The notes under the pieces were generated by a model, which was not told where the DNA came from, ran no database searches, and worked only from the letters and a program-made list of their open reading frames with translations. A program made the position numbers and the translations under genes. This document shows, in pieces, positions 22,256-34,300 of a stretch of 64,000 bases of DNA (position 1 is its first letter; the number at the start of each line of letters is the position of its first letter). Source of the DNA: Botryllus schlosseri (lineage: Eukaryota). The stretch covers positions 7,130,001 through 7,194,000 of the forward strand of contig CM119371.1 in assembly GCA_051294905.1 (NCBI GenBank). Reading direction: 5' to 3'.

Positions 22256-23167
22256 ATGGCAACTCCTTCAGATCTACCAGCAACATCACAATCTTCTGTC
22301 ATTATACTTGAAGATTGGGAGCCTGTACTACGGGAAACTGATTCCGATGATGATTTCCCTCTAGACAATGATTACAGAGTCCAGATTGAAATGGAATGTA
22401 GATGCAATACATTTTGTAATCTTTTTTTCTGCCGCGGACCTCTACTGAAAGGAAAGGGAAGATCGCGATTTTATGGCCTGAGTTTGACAACCTTGCTAAC
22501 AGGCCTTGTCAACAACATGCACAGATACGGTGGTGAATTGGTAGATAGACTGGCGTTCAGATTGAATTCACGAATCAGAGAATGGACTCAACAACGAGCT
22601 GTTTGTAACAGAAGAAACAAGCTCAATATAATCAACTACCAGTTCATTGTCGGTGGAATCGAAATGGATATCGACCATTATATAACACGATTTGCAAGAA
22701 AACACCTACTAAGACACGACATAATCCCATCTCTCAAAGGTGGATACAGCAAGAGGGATTGGAATGAGATGAACATTGATGTGTGGGAAAGAACTAATTG
22801 CCCAGTTTTTCTCGAGAGAGAGGAAGATATATTTCATGCGTTCTCGATTTGCGACGAAATATGGAGAAGATTGCCAACAGCCTTCCCAATGTTCAAGGGA
22901 TTAGAGTCGTCCTTGTGTGAACCCGTGAAAGACGTGAACTGGAAGAAAGCAGCTGTCGAGCAAATAAGAAGGGATGCCATTATATTCATCTACTATCCCA
23001 ACCTTATCATTGAATCGCTAGCAGCAGGCGACTGTTTTTACAATGTAGAAGAACTCCGACCGGAGGCGGAGAATGTGTACAAAAACAGGTACCTAATGCA
23101 TGTAAAGATTGGGAAACTAAGAACATTATTGATCCGATATGATGAGAAGAATAAGAATAAGGAATAA
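22256..23167 (+). CDS. Orphan 303-aa protein within the virus-like cassette
   Basis: ATG-initiated 912-bp intronless ORF in AT-rich surroundings; acidic N-terminus (ETDSDDDF) and Cys cluster CRCNTFCNLFFC; no family recognised. Confidence 0.7.
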   Translation: MATPSDLPATSQSSVIILEDWEPVLRETDSDDDFPLDNDYRVQIEMECRCNTFCNLFFCRGPLLKGKGRSRFYGLSLTTLLTGLVNNMHRYGGELVDRLAFRLNSRIREWTQQRAVCNRRNKLNIINYQFIVGGIEMDIDHYITRFARKHLLRHDIIPSLKGGYSKRDWNEMNIDVWERTNCPVFLEREEDIFHAFSICDEIWRRLPTAFPMFKGLESSLCEPVKDVNWKKAAVEQIRRDAIIFIYYPNLIIESLAAGDCFYNVEELRPEAENVYKNRYLMHVKIGKLRTLLIRYDEKNKNKE

Positions 23168-24903
23168 GGAGCTGATGTTGCTGAATAATCTGAGAACTGG
23201 AGAGTTGCTATATGAAACTGTTTATTTCTGGAGTTATCCATTTACCTGTGATCTGCTGAGTACTGCAATTATTGGTGTGAGTACACTCTTTATCTATGAC
23301 AAAACATTACTTTCCCCTGTTAAGATATCTTAAGCTGTCTGGTCCTAGGTATCTGATTGCAAAATACGGAAATATTTGCCGTTGATATCAGATTAAACAA
23401 AGCATAAATAACACCTTAATCACACTATATTATGGCCTCAGCATTAACAGAATAAACTAAATGATTAGATACATTAATCAATTCCTAACTGTCCTTTCTA
23501 CCGACTAACTGAAATCCCTGACTATTTGTCGCTAGACAAAGTTTTCGCCAAAAATCAATGTCATGGTTTATGAGTAACCACTATTGTCGCCATTGAGTAT
23601 TTCGAACAAGTGACGTATTTTGAATTAAAACAAAATCTGACATGGCCTTAGGCATTGCAGTCAAGGGCGTGAAAAATTCTTTAAAATTTAACTTAAGATG
23701 TGCTTTTCGTATTGGTGATTGCTGAATTATTATGTATAAAGTATAAGATGTTGTAACAAAAATGGACGTTACGTGTTATAACTGACAACACCACATATAT
23801 ATATGTCAGGATCCTTCGATCTAAAGGAGCGAAGTTACAAATTCGCTTTAAAATGGGAAATGTTTGCTCTGATAGGCGGTACATACGAATATTGAAAAAA
23901 AGCTTAATACAACTATATATTGATAATAGGGATTAAAGTTGCACAATACCCTATGAAAAAATAAAAACCAGAATTAATAGTACTGAGTTAGCACATTTAA
24001 CATCTGCAAGCCATGTACAAGGGACTACTTCTCCCAAATGTAAAATGTGTAATGATTGACGCGATACCTTTCGAAATTTTTCATAATGATACATTCGTAC
24101 CGCACTGAATCATTCACTTAAATGGCGCCAGTCAGAGAAACCGTTGCTATGGTTTTTGATAAACAACTGATATGTGCATTTCGTATAGTTTGACTGTATA
24201 TTGCATTTTGAAGATAATCTACATCTGAAATTGACTGACAGATGATTCAAATCGATACTAGAGCGTTATGAGTGTAATTTGGTTTATAAATTGTGCATGA
24301 TAGACGTGAATGGAAAAATTTTAATTATACCTTGAAGAATTTTATAAGTGCGAATCATTTATGATTGAATTTATTGTTAATTAGATCTGTATATCTGTTA
24401 AATGACGCAAAATTCATTGGAGTATTTGGTTGTATTAAGACAGGAAATGTGTTTTCTAGTAATATCTGAGCTCTGGACCGCATATGGTCGTTGTTGACTG
24501 GGGCAATGCGTGAAGATTGAACACCTGGAAGGTTACAGAAGAAAGAAAAGAACCTGGAATAAAGGTTTCAAGACTGATATCTACTGAAATTCATAGACTG
24601 TTAGAACCAGTGATATCACTGTCCCCTGAACATTCTATTCCACACAATTGGTGGCCAGTACGGATTCTTCAACTTCCATTTGTGATATCTCACATGCACT
24701 GCACAGAACAACGTTGCAGACTGATTTTCACAAGGTGTATTTTAGCAACTATCTCGACATTCATACTCATATGGACGGTGGTACAAGTATGCTGGTCTTC
24801 AAAAGGTGAATACCCATCTTCGAACTCTACGAATATTTCAACAGATGAGGGTGTTTATTTCAAATTATAAAGACAACAAAAATAGTGGGTCAATATTTTC
24901 ACA

Positions 24904-26037
24904 ATGAAGAAAATTTTTTCGAAAAAGCCGAAATCTACATCAAAGGATGCTCAAGCCTTACAAGAGAATCTTGCTCTTATGAAGGACACAGTCAAACGTC
25001 ACCAAGATGTTGAAATGAAACGAAGCCAGTTGAAATTGGCCGTAAAACAACAAGCAGAATTATTCAACGACATGAAAAATTTAATTCCAAAAACCACAAA
25101 AGAACTAGACTCGGCAAATCGTGACGTCAAGACCGCTCAAGCCGACCTATCAATGATAAAGCGCGCAACTGAAAAAGCATCTATGAAGATTGATTCTCAG
25201 ACGTTAAATGAAGTTCTTTCGGCGGAATTTGATTTAGGAAAAGCACATCAGAGAACAATAACCGGCTCCGGTCCAGCAACGTTATCGGCCGCCGTAGAAG
25301 TTATATCACCGCCTGCACCAAACTTGATTTCGATTAAACAACCAACTAAGCCACCAGCATATGCAGTAACCAGACAGCAATTGCAAACTGGCGAGAAGGG
25401 AAATAACAGTGATGTCTTTGCCCAAAAAATAGCCCCGCTTATACCGCAGAAATTGGTACCAACAGGCTCCAAACAGAAAAATACTTACAAGAATATATAC
25501 CCCCGATTAGATGGAGGTAGCGATACACAGTGTTATGTGACAGGTATCGAAGGTGTGGATACAATCCCTAATAACCTCATAATCCGGGGGTCATTTTTAC
25601 CCCAGCAAGACCCAGAATTCGAGCCGAGAATCCTGGCTTCACAGCGGACTCAGTTAATCCCACCGCCACTTTTCTCGCCAAATGTGATTCATGAACAAGG
25701 CCGTTTAGTAGTACCTTCCCCTGAGAGACGCGGGGTACCGTGGTACCTGCCGGAAGAGGCTCAAAATGACGATTCGGGGAGGCTCGATGATTCAGATGCT
25801 GCGGCATCTAATATCTCTGACCCACTGCCATACAGAAACAAGCGAATTATGCCGATGTCAGAGATGATCTCTGTAATGAAATCGGCTGGGTCAACACCGT
25901 TATTGCCTTGGTTGGAGGATAACCTCCGTATCCTGGATCATAAAAACGGCAATAGCCTTATCGATCGAGTCCTGGCTAACGCGATGCAGGCAAAATTGAT
26001 CGAAGCAGGCCGTCGGGAGGATGCAGAAATATTCGAT
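24904..26037 (+). CDS. Gag/matrix-like protein, truncated at 26037 by repeat DNA (ORF reads through to 26181)
   Basis: Basic amphipathic N-terminus (MKKIFSKKPK), ~100-aa coiled coil, Pro-rich middle with PPAY and YPRL late-domain motifs, then a helical capsid-like start (PLPYRNKRIMPMSEMISVMK...PWLEDNL). The last ~47 aa come from the minisatellite. Confidence 0.6.
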
Positions 26038-27500
26038 AGGGTTGGTGCTCTCACTTTACAAATAGGAAAAAAAGTTTGCAAATGGGCAAGGATTTACTTT
26101 GCAAATGGGCAAGAAAGTTTGCAAATGGGAAAGTATTTACTTTGCAAATGGCCAAGAAGTTTGCAAATGGGCAAGGACTGATTTCACTTTGCAAATGGCC
26201 AAGAACGGTCAAAAATCACGGCTTTTCATTGTATCGCATTTTTTGTGGTGTATTGAACTGATAAAATTGCTAATAAACCAATGATGATGGGTGGGGCCAT
26301 CAGCACCCTCAGTTGAGCATTGGAGCCAGATGGGTCCTCTCCCGCAAATTCGGCGAAATCCAAATCCAAATTAAAAAATCTAGATCTTAATCCAAAATTG
26401 ACGTCAGTTAGTTCGTGCTACCATGTGACCCCCATCGCCAGATTCACCACCACTAATTCGGATAAATCCAGATTTAGTTGGTGCTGTCAAAACTCACGAC
26501 ATGGTGGGGTCGTCAGCCCCCCAGTTGAGCAAGACCCAGATGAGGCCTCCCTCAACACATTCGGAGAAATCCAAATTCGAAAATCCAGATCTTCATCCAA
26601 AACTGGCGTGAGTTAGATCGTGCTGCCATGTGACCCCCGCATCCCCCATCACCACCACCAATTTTGATAAATCCAAATCCAGAATTAGTTGGTGCGGTCA
26701 GTCCCCCAGTCGAGCAAGACCCAGATGAGTCCGCCTCCCACATATTCGGCGAAATCCGATCGTGGTCAAAACTCACGACAATGTGGGGTCAGCGCCCCCC
26801 CCATACTTGGACACTACCCAAAAGAACCCTCATCCCCCAGAAATACGGCGACAAGGACACTCATCCCCCAGAAATACGGCGACCCATCGTCTATTTGACC
26901 AAATCCCGAACCCGAAAATCCATACTTTCATCAGAGTACACCCCTCCCGCACTTCTTTTCTCTTAAGTTGCAAATGGGCAGGAAATTTTTCAAATTCGAA
27001 GGATTTACTTTGCAAATGGGCAAGCATTTACTTTTCAAATGGGTAAGCGTTTACTCTTCAAATAGGCAAGGATTTATTTTCCAAATGGGCAAGAAAATTT
27101 GCAAATGGGCAAGGATTTACTTTGCAAATGCGGGCAAGAAAGTTTTCGAATGGGCAAGGATTTACTTTGCAAATGGGCAAGGATTTACTTTGCAAATGGG
27201 CACGGATTCACTTTGCAAATGGGCAAGAAAGTTTTCAAATGGGTAAGGATTTACTTTGCAAATGGGCAAGAAAGTTTACAAATGGGCAAGGATTTACTTT
27301 GCAAATGGGCAAGAAAGTTTGCAAATGGGCAAGGATTTACTTTGCAAATGGGCAAGGATTTACTTTGCAAATGGGCAAGGTCGGTGTCCGATTCCATAGA
27401 CAACTCCTAGTCGCTTCGACATCTTCCTTTCTTTTCATTGTATCGCATTTTTTGTAGTGTAGTGGATTGAACTGATAAAATTGCTAATAAACCAATGATG
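26038..27500 (+). repeat. Composite repeat copy A: TTTGCAAATGGGCAAG minisatellite, LINE-type 3' tail, GC-rich subrepeats
   Basis: Starts AGGGTTGGTGCTC; alternating 20/23-bp units; tail ...ATTGAACTGATAAAATTGCTAATAAACCAATGATG at ~26250-26290 and ~27465-27500; reverse complement at 37742-38967. Confidence 0.85.
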
Positions 27501-27503
27501 AAG

Positions 27504-28010
27504 TCTGTTCTGCAAATTGTGAATTCAAATACCGGTGAAAAATTTTCAGACCCTGCGATCGTCGCGAATCACTTCAATGAATATTTTTGTAACGTAGGCT
27601 AGGTCCTAATATTGTCTCTTCTCTTGCGAAACCTGCGTCAGCCAGGCCGGAGGTAAGATCGACATCTCAGTCTGTTATGCTCGATCCTGCCAATCACGCC
27701 GAAGTAGAAGTAGCCATCCACAAACTGAAATCCAACAAGGCCGTCGGCAATGATCAAGTCCTATTTTTTAAACTTCATGATAGAAAGCGGTGTCTATCCC
27801 AGCTCTGAAAACAGTCAGAGTGGTACCAATACACAAAGCTGGGGTTGGAACTAATGTCACTAACTATACAGAGTACAGACCGATATCTGTTCTTCCGTGT
27901 ATTGGGATTGTCTTCGAAAAGCTGCTCCTGTCTCGCCTATCTTTCTTCAATACCTCGCCAAAATGTCTATAATTTCCCCGCATCAATTTCGATTCCGCAT
28001 TAAACACCAA
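27504..28010 (+). pseudogene. Degenerate LINE (CR1/L2-group) ORF2 fragment upstream of the RT core
   Basis: Translates as DPAIVANHFNEYFCNVG*, EVEVAIHKLKSNKAVGND, VVPIHKAG, YRPISVLP, FEKLLLSRL, with stops and frameshifts. Confidence 0.85.
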
Positions 28011-28014
28011 ACCT

Positions 28015-28215
28015 CACATCATCATCATCATCATCTAATGGTTTATTAGCAATTTTATCAGTTCAATACACCACACAATATGCGATACAATGAAAAGACA
28101 GGAAGAAGTCCAAGCGACTTGGAGTAGGCTAGTCTATGGAATCAGACACCCGCCTTAGCCTAGGAGATGTAAAGAGGAGGCATGCACAGTTGCACAGAAT
28201 GCACACTGAATGAAA
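28015..28215 (-). repeat. LINE/SINE-type 3' tail ending in (GAT)n
   Basis: Reverse complement of the tail inside repeat A, ending in a longer (GAT)n run. Confidence 0.7.
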
Positions 28216-28337
28216 GTAAAGATCTAGGGATGGTGTGAACTTCTGAAAGGTTCAGGTTCGTGTGAACGCGAACCGAAAGGTTCTGTGTGAACGCGAACGT
28301 GAACCTCACGACGTCACGTGACGTCATATTGCTAATT

Positions 28338-28823
28338 CCAGCCCTATATTTGAATGAATGTGACAGCCTTTATAGTCTTGTAGAATTTTCGGTCAACCTA
28401 GAAAAAATTCTTATAAAGACGTATTATATACGGTTGGAAAGATAATTTTATCAGCTTTTCAATGTTGGGTTTTGTCACTTTTTTACCTTGGGGAAGAAAA
28501 GTTATGACCAAAAACGTGCCAGGGGGTAAAGCACTATTTTGCCTAACATTAAAATACAATTACAAGCTAAAACGCGATATCCAGCCCTATATTTGAATGA
28601 ATGTGACAGCCTTTATAGTCTTGTAGAATTTTCGGTCAACCTAGAAAAAATTCTTATAAAGACGTATTATATACGGTTGGAAAGATAATTTTATCAGCTT
28701 TTCAATGTTGGGTTTTGTCACTTTTTTACCTTGGGGAAGAAAAGTTATGACCAAAAACGTGCCAGGGGGTAAAGCACTATTTTGCCTAACATTAAAATAC
28801 AATTACAAGCTAAAACGCGATAT
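28338..28823. repeat. Perfect 2 x 243-bp tandem duplication
   Basis: CCAGCCCTATATTTG...AAAACGCGATAT at 28338-28580 and 28581-28823, with no differences seen. Confidence 0.9.
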
Positions 28824-30257
28824 CTTCGTAACATAATACAACACCATAAATTGGAATATCACTCTCAGTAAAGCAAACTAACAATCGAACAGCAAAAAAA
28901 AATGAAAAATAACTTTATTAAGAGGTATTTATGATACGTTAAGGGGTCAAAAGTTGACCGAGACGGAGATAACACTGGTAAAATTTCGAAAAAAATGATC
29001 GTCAAAATGAGCGTCAACCCCATGGACCCCCCTCGAAGTTTTTGTTCAAATATAGCTCAATTATCGTACAATCGTCATCTGTCTTGTGCAAATGATAACT
29101 GTAGGCTAGTGGTAAACAGCAACAAAATGACTTTTCTTTAAAATAACAGCATTCTATTTATGTAGAAATTGGGTTGACTTTTATTATTTCAAAGCTAATT
29201 ATTCAACTGCATTTTTTGAAATACGTGGTCGTGTCTTTATAATCTGCGCCTTCGATTTCATATCAATAAGTGCTGAAAATCCATTTAGACAAGGAAAGGT
29301 GGTGGCGAATGTAATAACAAGGCATAACGCTTTCGACGACACATTTGGGTATGATCGCAAAAATGATGACACCAAAATTGACTAACAAATTTTTTTATTG
29401 AACATATAACATCAAGCCGGTTCAAGCAGCTCATCTTGAAGTTATTAGAGAAATGGTTATGTAGGCCTATATCACAGGAGAAAACGGATTTTTGCGAACA
29501 TTTCGAAGTCTCCGTGATTGACTTTACGTATCCAACCATTTATTTTTTACACAATGCCCAGCAAAACACCTCTATACGCAGCCAAATATTTGTATCAGTG
29601 GGCTATTGACAATTTCGCAACTAAAATGAGTCCACACAGCATGAGGATATTCAATCTCAGACGGCCATTCTGTTTATGTGAGATCTACTGTAATGAAGTA
29701 AAACTGCCTCGTGATTTCCGTAATTTGAAAAATATAAATTAGGCTATCAATTATTTTGTAAATTCGCCTCGCTTCGCGGACCCCCAGTTGAGAACTACTG
29801 AACTAGAGTTTGTAGAAGTGCTACTCAAGTAGCACAAGTAACTCCCTATGTTTTCTACTAAATTAACAGTATAATTAGCAATTTTTGTGAAACGTGAAAA
29901 CTACTTCAAGTAGCAGAAAATCTAAGTATATGTGGTCGGGGAAAGGGTGGTCGCATATACTTTCGACATTTCGTCGGAGGTGGCTACATACGAAATCGCA
30001 ACATGTATCTTCTCGGGTAACGCAAAATGTTTATAATGACACAATACTCATTGGTAGAATATTTGAAAATATATTCAGTTACCGCGCTTTAAGGGTTGTT
30101 AAGGCTACTACATTTATTAATCATATGCAGCCAACCTCGTCGCGGAGCGGAACAGGAATACATTCGTGTTAAAATTAATAACTGGGTGCAGTACCAAATT
30201 CAATGTGGGCAGATATCTCCATGACATTCCCAGTTGATTTACTAGTCACACAAAGCA

Positions 30258-30728
30258 CGGGGGGGGCGTATTCATGGGGGAGGATCCTTCTGGGTAGCGC
30301 CCAAGTATGCGGGGGGGCTGACCCCACATTGTCGTGAGTTTTGACCACGATTGGATTTCGCCGAATTTGGGGGAGGAAGACTCATCTGGGTCTTGCTCGA
30401 CTGGGGGGGGGGGGGGGGTGGGGGCTGACCGCACCAACTACTTCTGGATTTGGATTTATCCAAATTGGTGGTGGTGGTGATGGGGGAGAGGGCGAACTAA
30501 CCCTGTCGTGATTTTTGAACGTTCTTGGCCATTTGCAATGTGAAATCAATCCTTGCCCATTTGAAAACTTCTTGGCCATTTGCAAAGTAAATCCTTACCC
30601 ATTTGCAAACTTTCTTGCCCATTTGCAAAGTAAATCCTTGCCCATTTGTAAACTTTCTTGCCCATTTGCAAAGTAAATCCTTGCCCATTTGTAAACTTTC
30701 TTGCCCATTTGCAAAGTAAATCCTTACC
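30258..30728 (-). repeat. Distal part of composite repeat copy B (left of the BEL insertion)
   Basis: Reverse-complement minisatellite and GC-rich subrepeats; continuous with 37742 onward once the BEL element and one TTACC are removed. Confidence 0.8.
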
Positions 30729-31139
30729 TGTTACTGTAGGCATTTCATGTTAATCTTGGGGGGTTCAATAATTTAGGAGCCATACTTGTATTCGCTAGAT
30801 GGCGTATGCTTGACGATACTTCCTGGTCTGGTCTAAGGGAATATTCTGGATATAGCTGTGATAGGGTACAGTTTGTCAATAGTAATTGGCCCACCGGACG
30901 TTCCCCCACTGTATTTACCGATCTTGTTGGGACAATATCTTATTCGTGCTACTACTGTGTCGTATTATAATTTGGATATAAGGAAATTCGATCAATTGGA
31001 ACTTCAAGCAATATACTTTTCTACCGTACTTCAAGATCGCGTATATTTACATCGGGAAACTTATAGGACTTTGCGGCGCTGTAAGTTCAAGGGAAGACAG
31101 CTTACACAGAATCACATAGGCAGTTCAGCGACCGCAACA
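30729..31139 (+). repeat. 5' LTR of BEL/Pao element
   Basis: No differences from 37331-37741 by eye. Confidence 0.95.
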
Positions 31140-31365
31140 GTAAATACAGCTAAAGGTCCGGTCGTGGAGTATTGGAATATACAGTGCAACGCCTGGAAGC
31201 GGAACTAAACAAAGGACAGGACGGCTATCGGTACCTAAGGAAAGGACAATTCCATATTGTGTGGATTGGTGCCGGTAATAGGACTTGCTTCATTTATACT
31301 AATATTGGAGAAAAGGACACACTTCTGTTGAAGAAAACACTAAGTTGGTGTACTCTGGTTTCATA

Positions 31366-34300
31366 ATGACTCCTGGAAGAAATAAGAAGAAGTCTGGAAA
31401 GGCTTCAGGTGGTGGCCGAAATGGTGCTAATTCAAGGAATTCTACTTTGGTGGGTGAAGATAACGTAGATTCGGATCCTAATAGAATCATGGCCGAGGAT
31501 TACAAGCATGGCCACACCGTGATATCGGACAGGAGAACTAGAGGAACCTCCGCTTATATTGAAAACATGAAGCAAGAGTTTGACTTCCATGTCAAAGAGG
31601 TATTGCGACAGTGCAAATGTCTGAATGACCTACTAGAGTCACGGGACGGTCGGGAATATGTTTCAAAAGCATATTTAGATATGCGAAAGAAGTTTGCTCT
31701 ACTACAAGATTTTTGGATTGATCTTGAGCCTCGTCTTAGGCCAGAGGAATCGGAAGCAATTTCTTGTTCATTCAAGGATATACAAGATCGGGTAGAAGAG
31801 ACTGGCTACAACGCAAAGGATTATTTGGATGAGTACAATGGCGAAACGAAGGCTAAGTTCTCTGAGCCCACTGCGAGACGAAATAGGCTTGTTGTACTAG
31901 AAGATTCAAACTCTCCTGATAGAGAGACTGCTCTGCTGCTTGAACAGAACCAACGAGACTACGAGCAGAAGATGAAGGACCTGTCGGCTCAGAATCAACG
32001 AGACATACAAAGGCTAATGGATAGAGGGCGGAAGTCGAAACCGAGTAGTGTACTGGATAACACCGAAAATGTAATGGATAGAGCTCCTAATAACGATGGT
32101 GCTCATGGGATATATCATGTTAATGCAAATCTGGATCAGGTTTTGAAGGAATTGGCTGTTTCGAATGCTATGTTGGCACGATCCTGTGGTCTACCAGAAA
32201 TTAAGGTTGGTGTTTTTGATGGCAATATTCTTGAATATTTAGCCTGGGAAACTTCGTTTGATGCATTGATTCAATCGAAGACATGCAATGTGCATGAGCT
32301 CTTGAACTATCTAGAGTCGCATCTATCTGGTGAGCCTAAGGAAATGATAAAGGGTTTACTGCTCTTGCAGAATAGAGATGCCTATGAAAGAGCACGTAAG
32401 AGATTGAAAACTAGATACGGCAACGACAATGTAATTGGAAATGCATTTTTGAATCGACTATCCTCTTGGCCAAAAATCAATGTCAAAGATGGGATTGGTC
32501 TAAGAAAATTTGCAGACTTTTTGGATCAAATAGCGGCAGCTGAGCAGAAAATACCTGCGCTTGGTGTTTTGAACTATGCCATTGAGAGTAATAAAATCAT
32601 TGGAAAACTACCGCAATTTCTGAGAGGTAAATGGCGGGATGAAGTTTACAAATGGCAAAGTAAATATGGTGAGGCGTCATATCCACCATTGAAAGAAGTG
32701 GCAGGATTTGTCGATGTCTGTGCCGAAAAGATGAATATTCCAGAATTGGATGATCTGGATTCGCCAAATGACAAAGGGAAAATTGACTCTCCTGAAGTAG
32801 TGAGCTATAAAGACTCTTACAAAGGAAAATTTAAGGTCACATCGTTCTCGACAGAATGTCAGGACGACACGAGTGCTACAAGGACAAAGTGTTATTTTTG
32901 TGACGAACTACATCACATTGATGATTGTGAAGGCTTTGGAAAGCTATCCCATATGGAGAAACGGGAATTTATAATGAAACGAGGACTATGTTTTGGTTGT
33001 GGCTCGTCGCAAGACCACATGGCCAAGTTCTGCACAGCAAGAATAACTTGCAGGATATGTAAAAGGAGGCATATGACATCGCTGCATATAGAAACTGATG
33101 AGGTGGACTCGAAATGTACGCAAGTGTGCTCCAAGGAAGGACAGAAGGGAGGTAAGCAAAATACTATGATCGTTCCGGTTTATGTGAGTACTGCTGCCAA
33201 TCCATCGAAGAAGGTCAAATGTTATTGTGCGCTAGATGGTCAATGTAATCGGACTTTCATGGTTGATGATCTGAAGGAAAGTTTAGGACTGGAATCTGTC
33301 AATACTAAGTTGCAGATGTCCACATTGTACAAATCTGGTGCAGTCATTAACTCAAGCAGGATCACTGGAATTATAGTTTCAAGTATCGATGAAACTTCTT
33401 CTGTCACTATTCCTCAAGTGTACACAAGAGCAGAAATTCCAGTTGAAATTTCACAAATCCCCAAACCTCAGGTTGCAAGAGAGTGGGCTCATCTTCGGAG
33501 CATTGCGGATAAAATTATGCCCTACGACCCATCTATGAAGGTTGGAATATTAATTGGTGCTGATGTTCCAAACGCGTTACGTCCTCGTGAGATTGTAGCC
33601 GGTGGTGATTCGGACCCATATGGTCAACTATCTATGTTTGGTTGGGGAATTGTTGGTAATGTTTGTAAAGACTTGACGGGTGAATCACCTAGCGTGGTAT
33701 CGCATCATACTATTGTGAGAGATGCACAAATGGAAGAAGGCTTTGAAACTTCAGAAGTTGTTGCTGACGGGAATACCGCCTTTGTATACATGTCAAAGGC
33801 GAAGGAAGTTATGTGTCCACAGAATATCAATCATTTGCTAGAAATGGATTTCATCGAACATAGGAATTTGGAAGCTTCTTTGTCGGTTGAGGAAAAGCGT
33901 TTTATGGACATCCTCTCAAAAGGTGTTGCAAGGAGAGAGGATGGGCATTACGAATTCCCTCTGCCATTGAAATACGACAATGTTAGAGTGCCAAACAACA
34001 GAGCTTTGGCTGCGAAAAGAGCGGAGCAGGTCAAAAGAAGATTGAGTAAAAACCAGAATCTTCATGAGGAGTATAAGGATCAAATGAATCTGACTATTGA
34101 AAAGTATGCGGAAAAGGTTCCAGAAGACATACTTGATTTAAAGAATGGTCGTATCAACTACATACCTCATTCTCCTGTTTTTCATAACAAGAAAGGAAGT
34201 CTTCGTATTGTAAATGATATGAGTGCCAAGTACGGTGGTCTGTGCATTAATGACGTACTATTGAGTGGACCAAATTTGATGGACAATATGACGGGAATCT

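Noticed and set aside
24123-24140. TGGCGCCAGTCAGAG as a retroviral PBS upstream of the Gag-like ORF
   Set aside because: Only 7 nt match a Lys-type PBS, it is not preceded by an LTR-like CA end, and no second copy of the upstream sequence is in the window. It also fits a common AAATGGCG promoter motif. Unproven.
24517-24870. 117-codon ORF with a hydrophobic stretch before the Gag-like gene
   Set aside because: TTG start, first ATG only mid-way, no motif; it could be a small membrane accessory protein but is unsupported.
26050-27380. CRISPR-like array
   Set aside because: Units are directly adjacent without unique spacers, the context is eukaryotic, and no cas genes are present.
26076-27457. 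ORFs with repeated CKWARIYFANGQ / LQMGKDLL peptides (also 30382-30743 and 37704-39014)
   Set aside because: Translations of the 20/23-bp minisatellite, open in several frames and on both strands.
30858-31208. 116-aa and 127-aa ORFs (30858 and 37460)
   Set aside because: They lie inside the two LTRs, start at GTG, and are identical only because the LTRs are.
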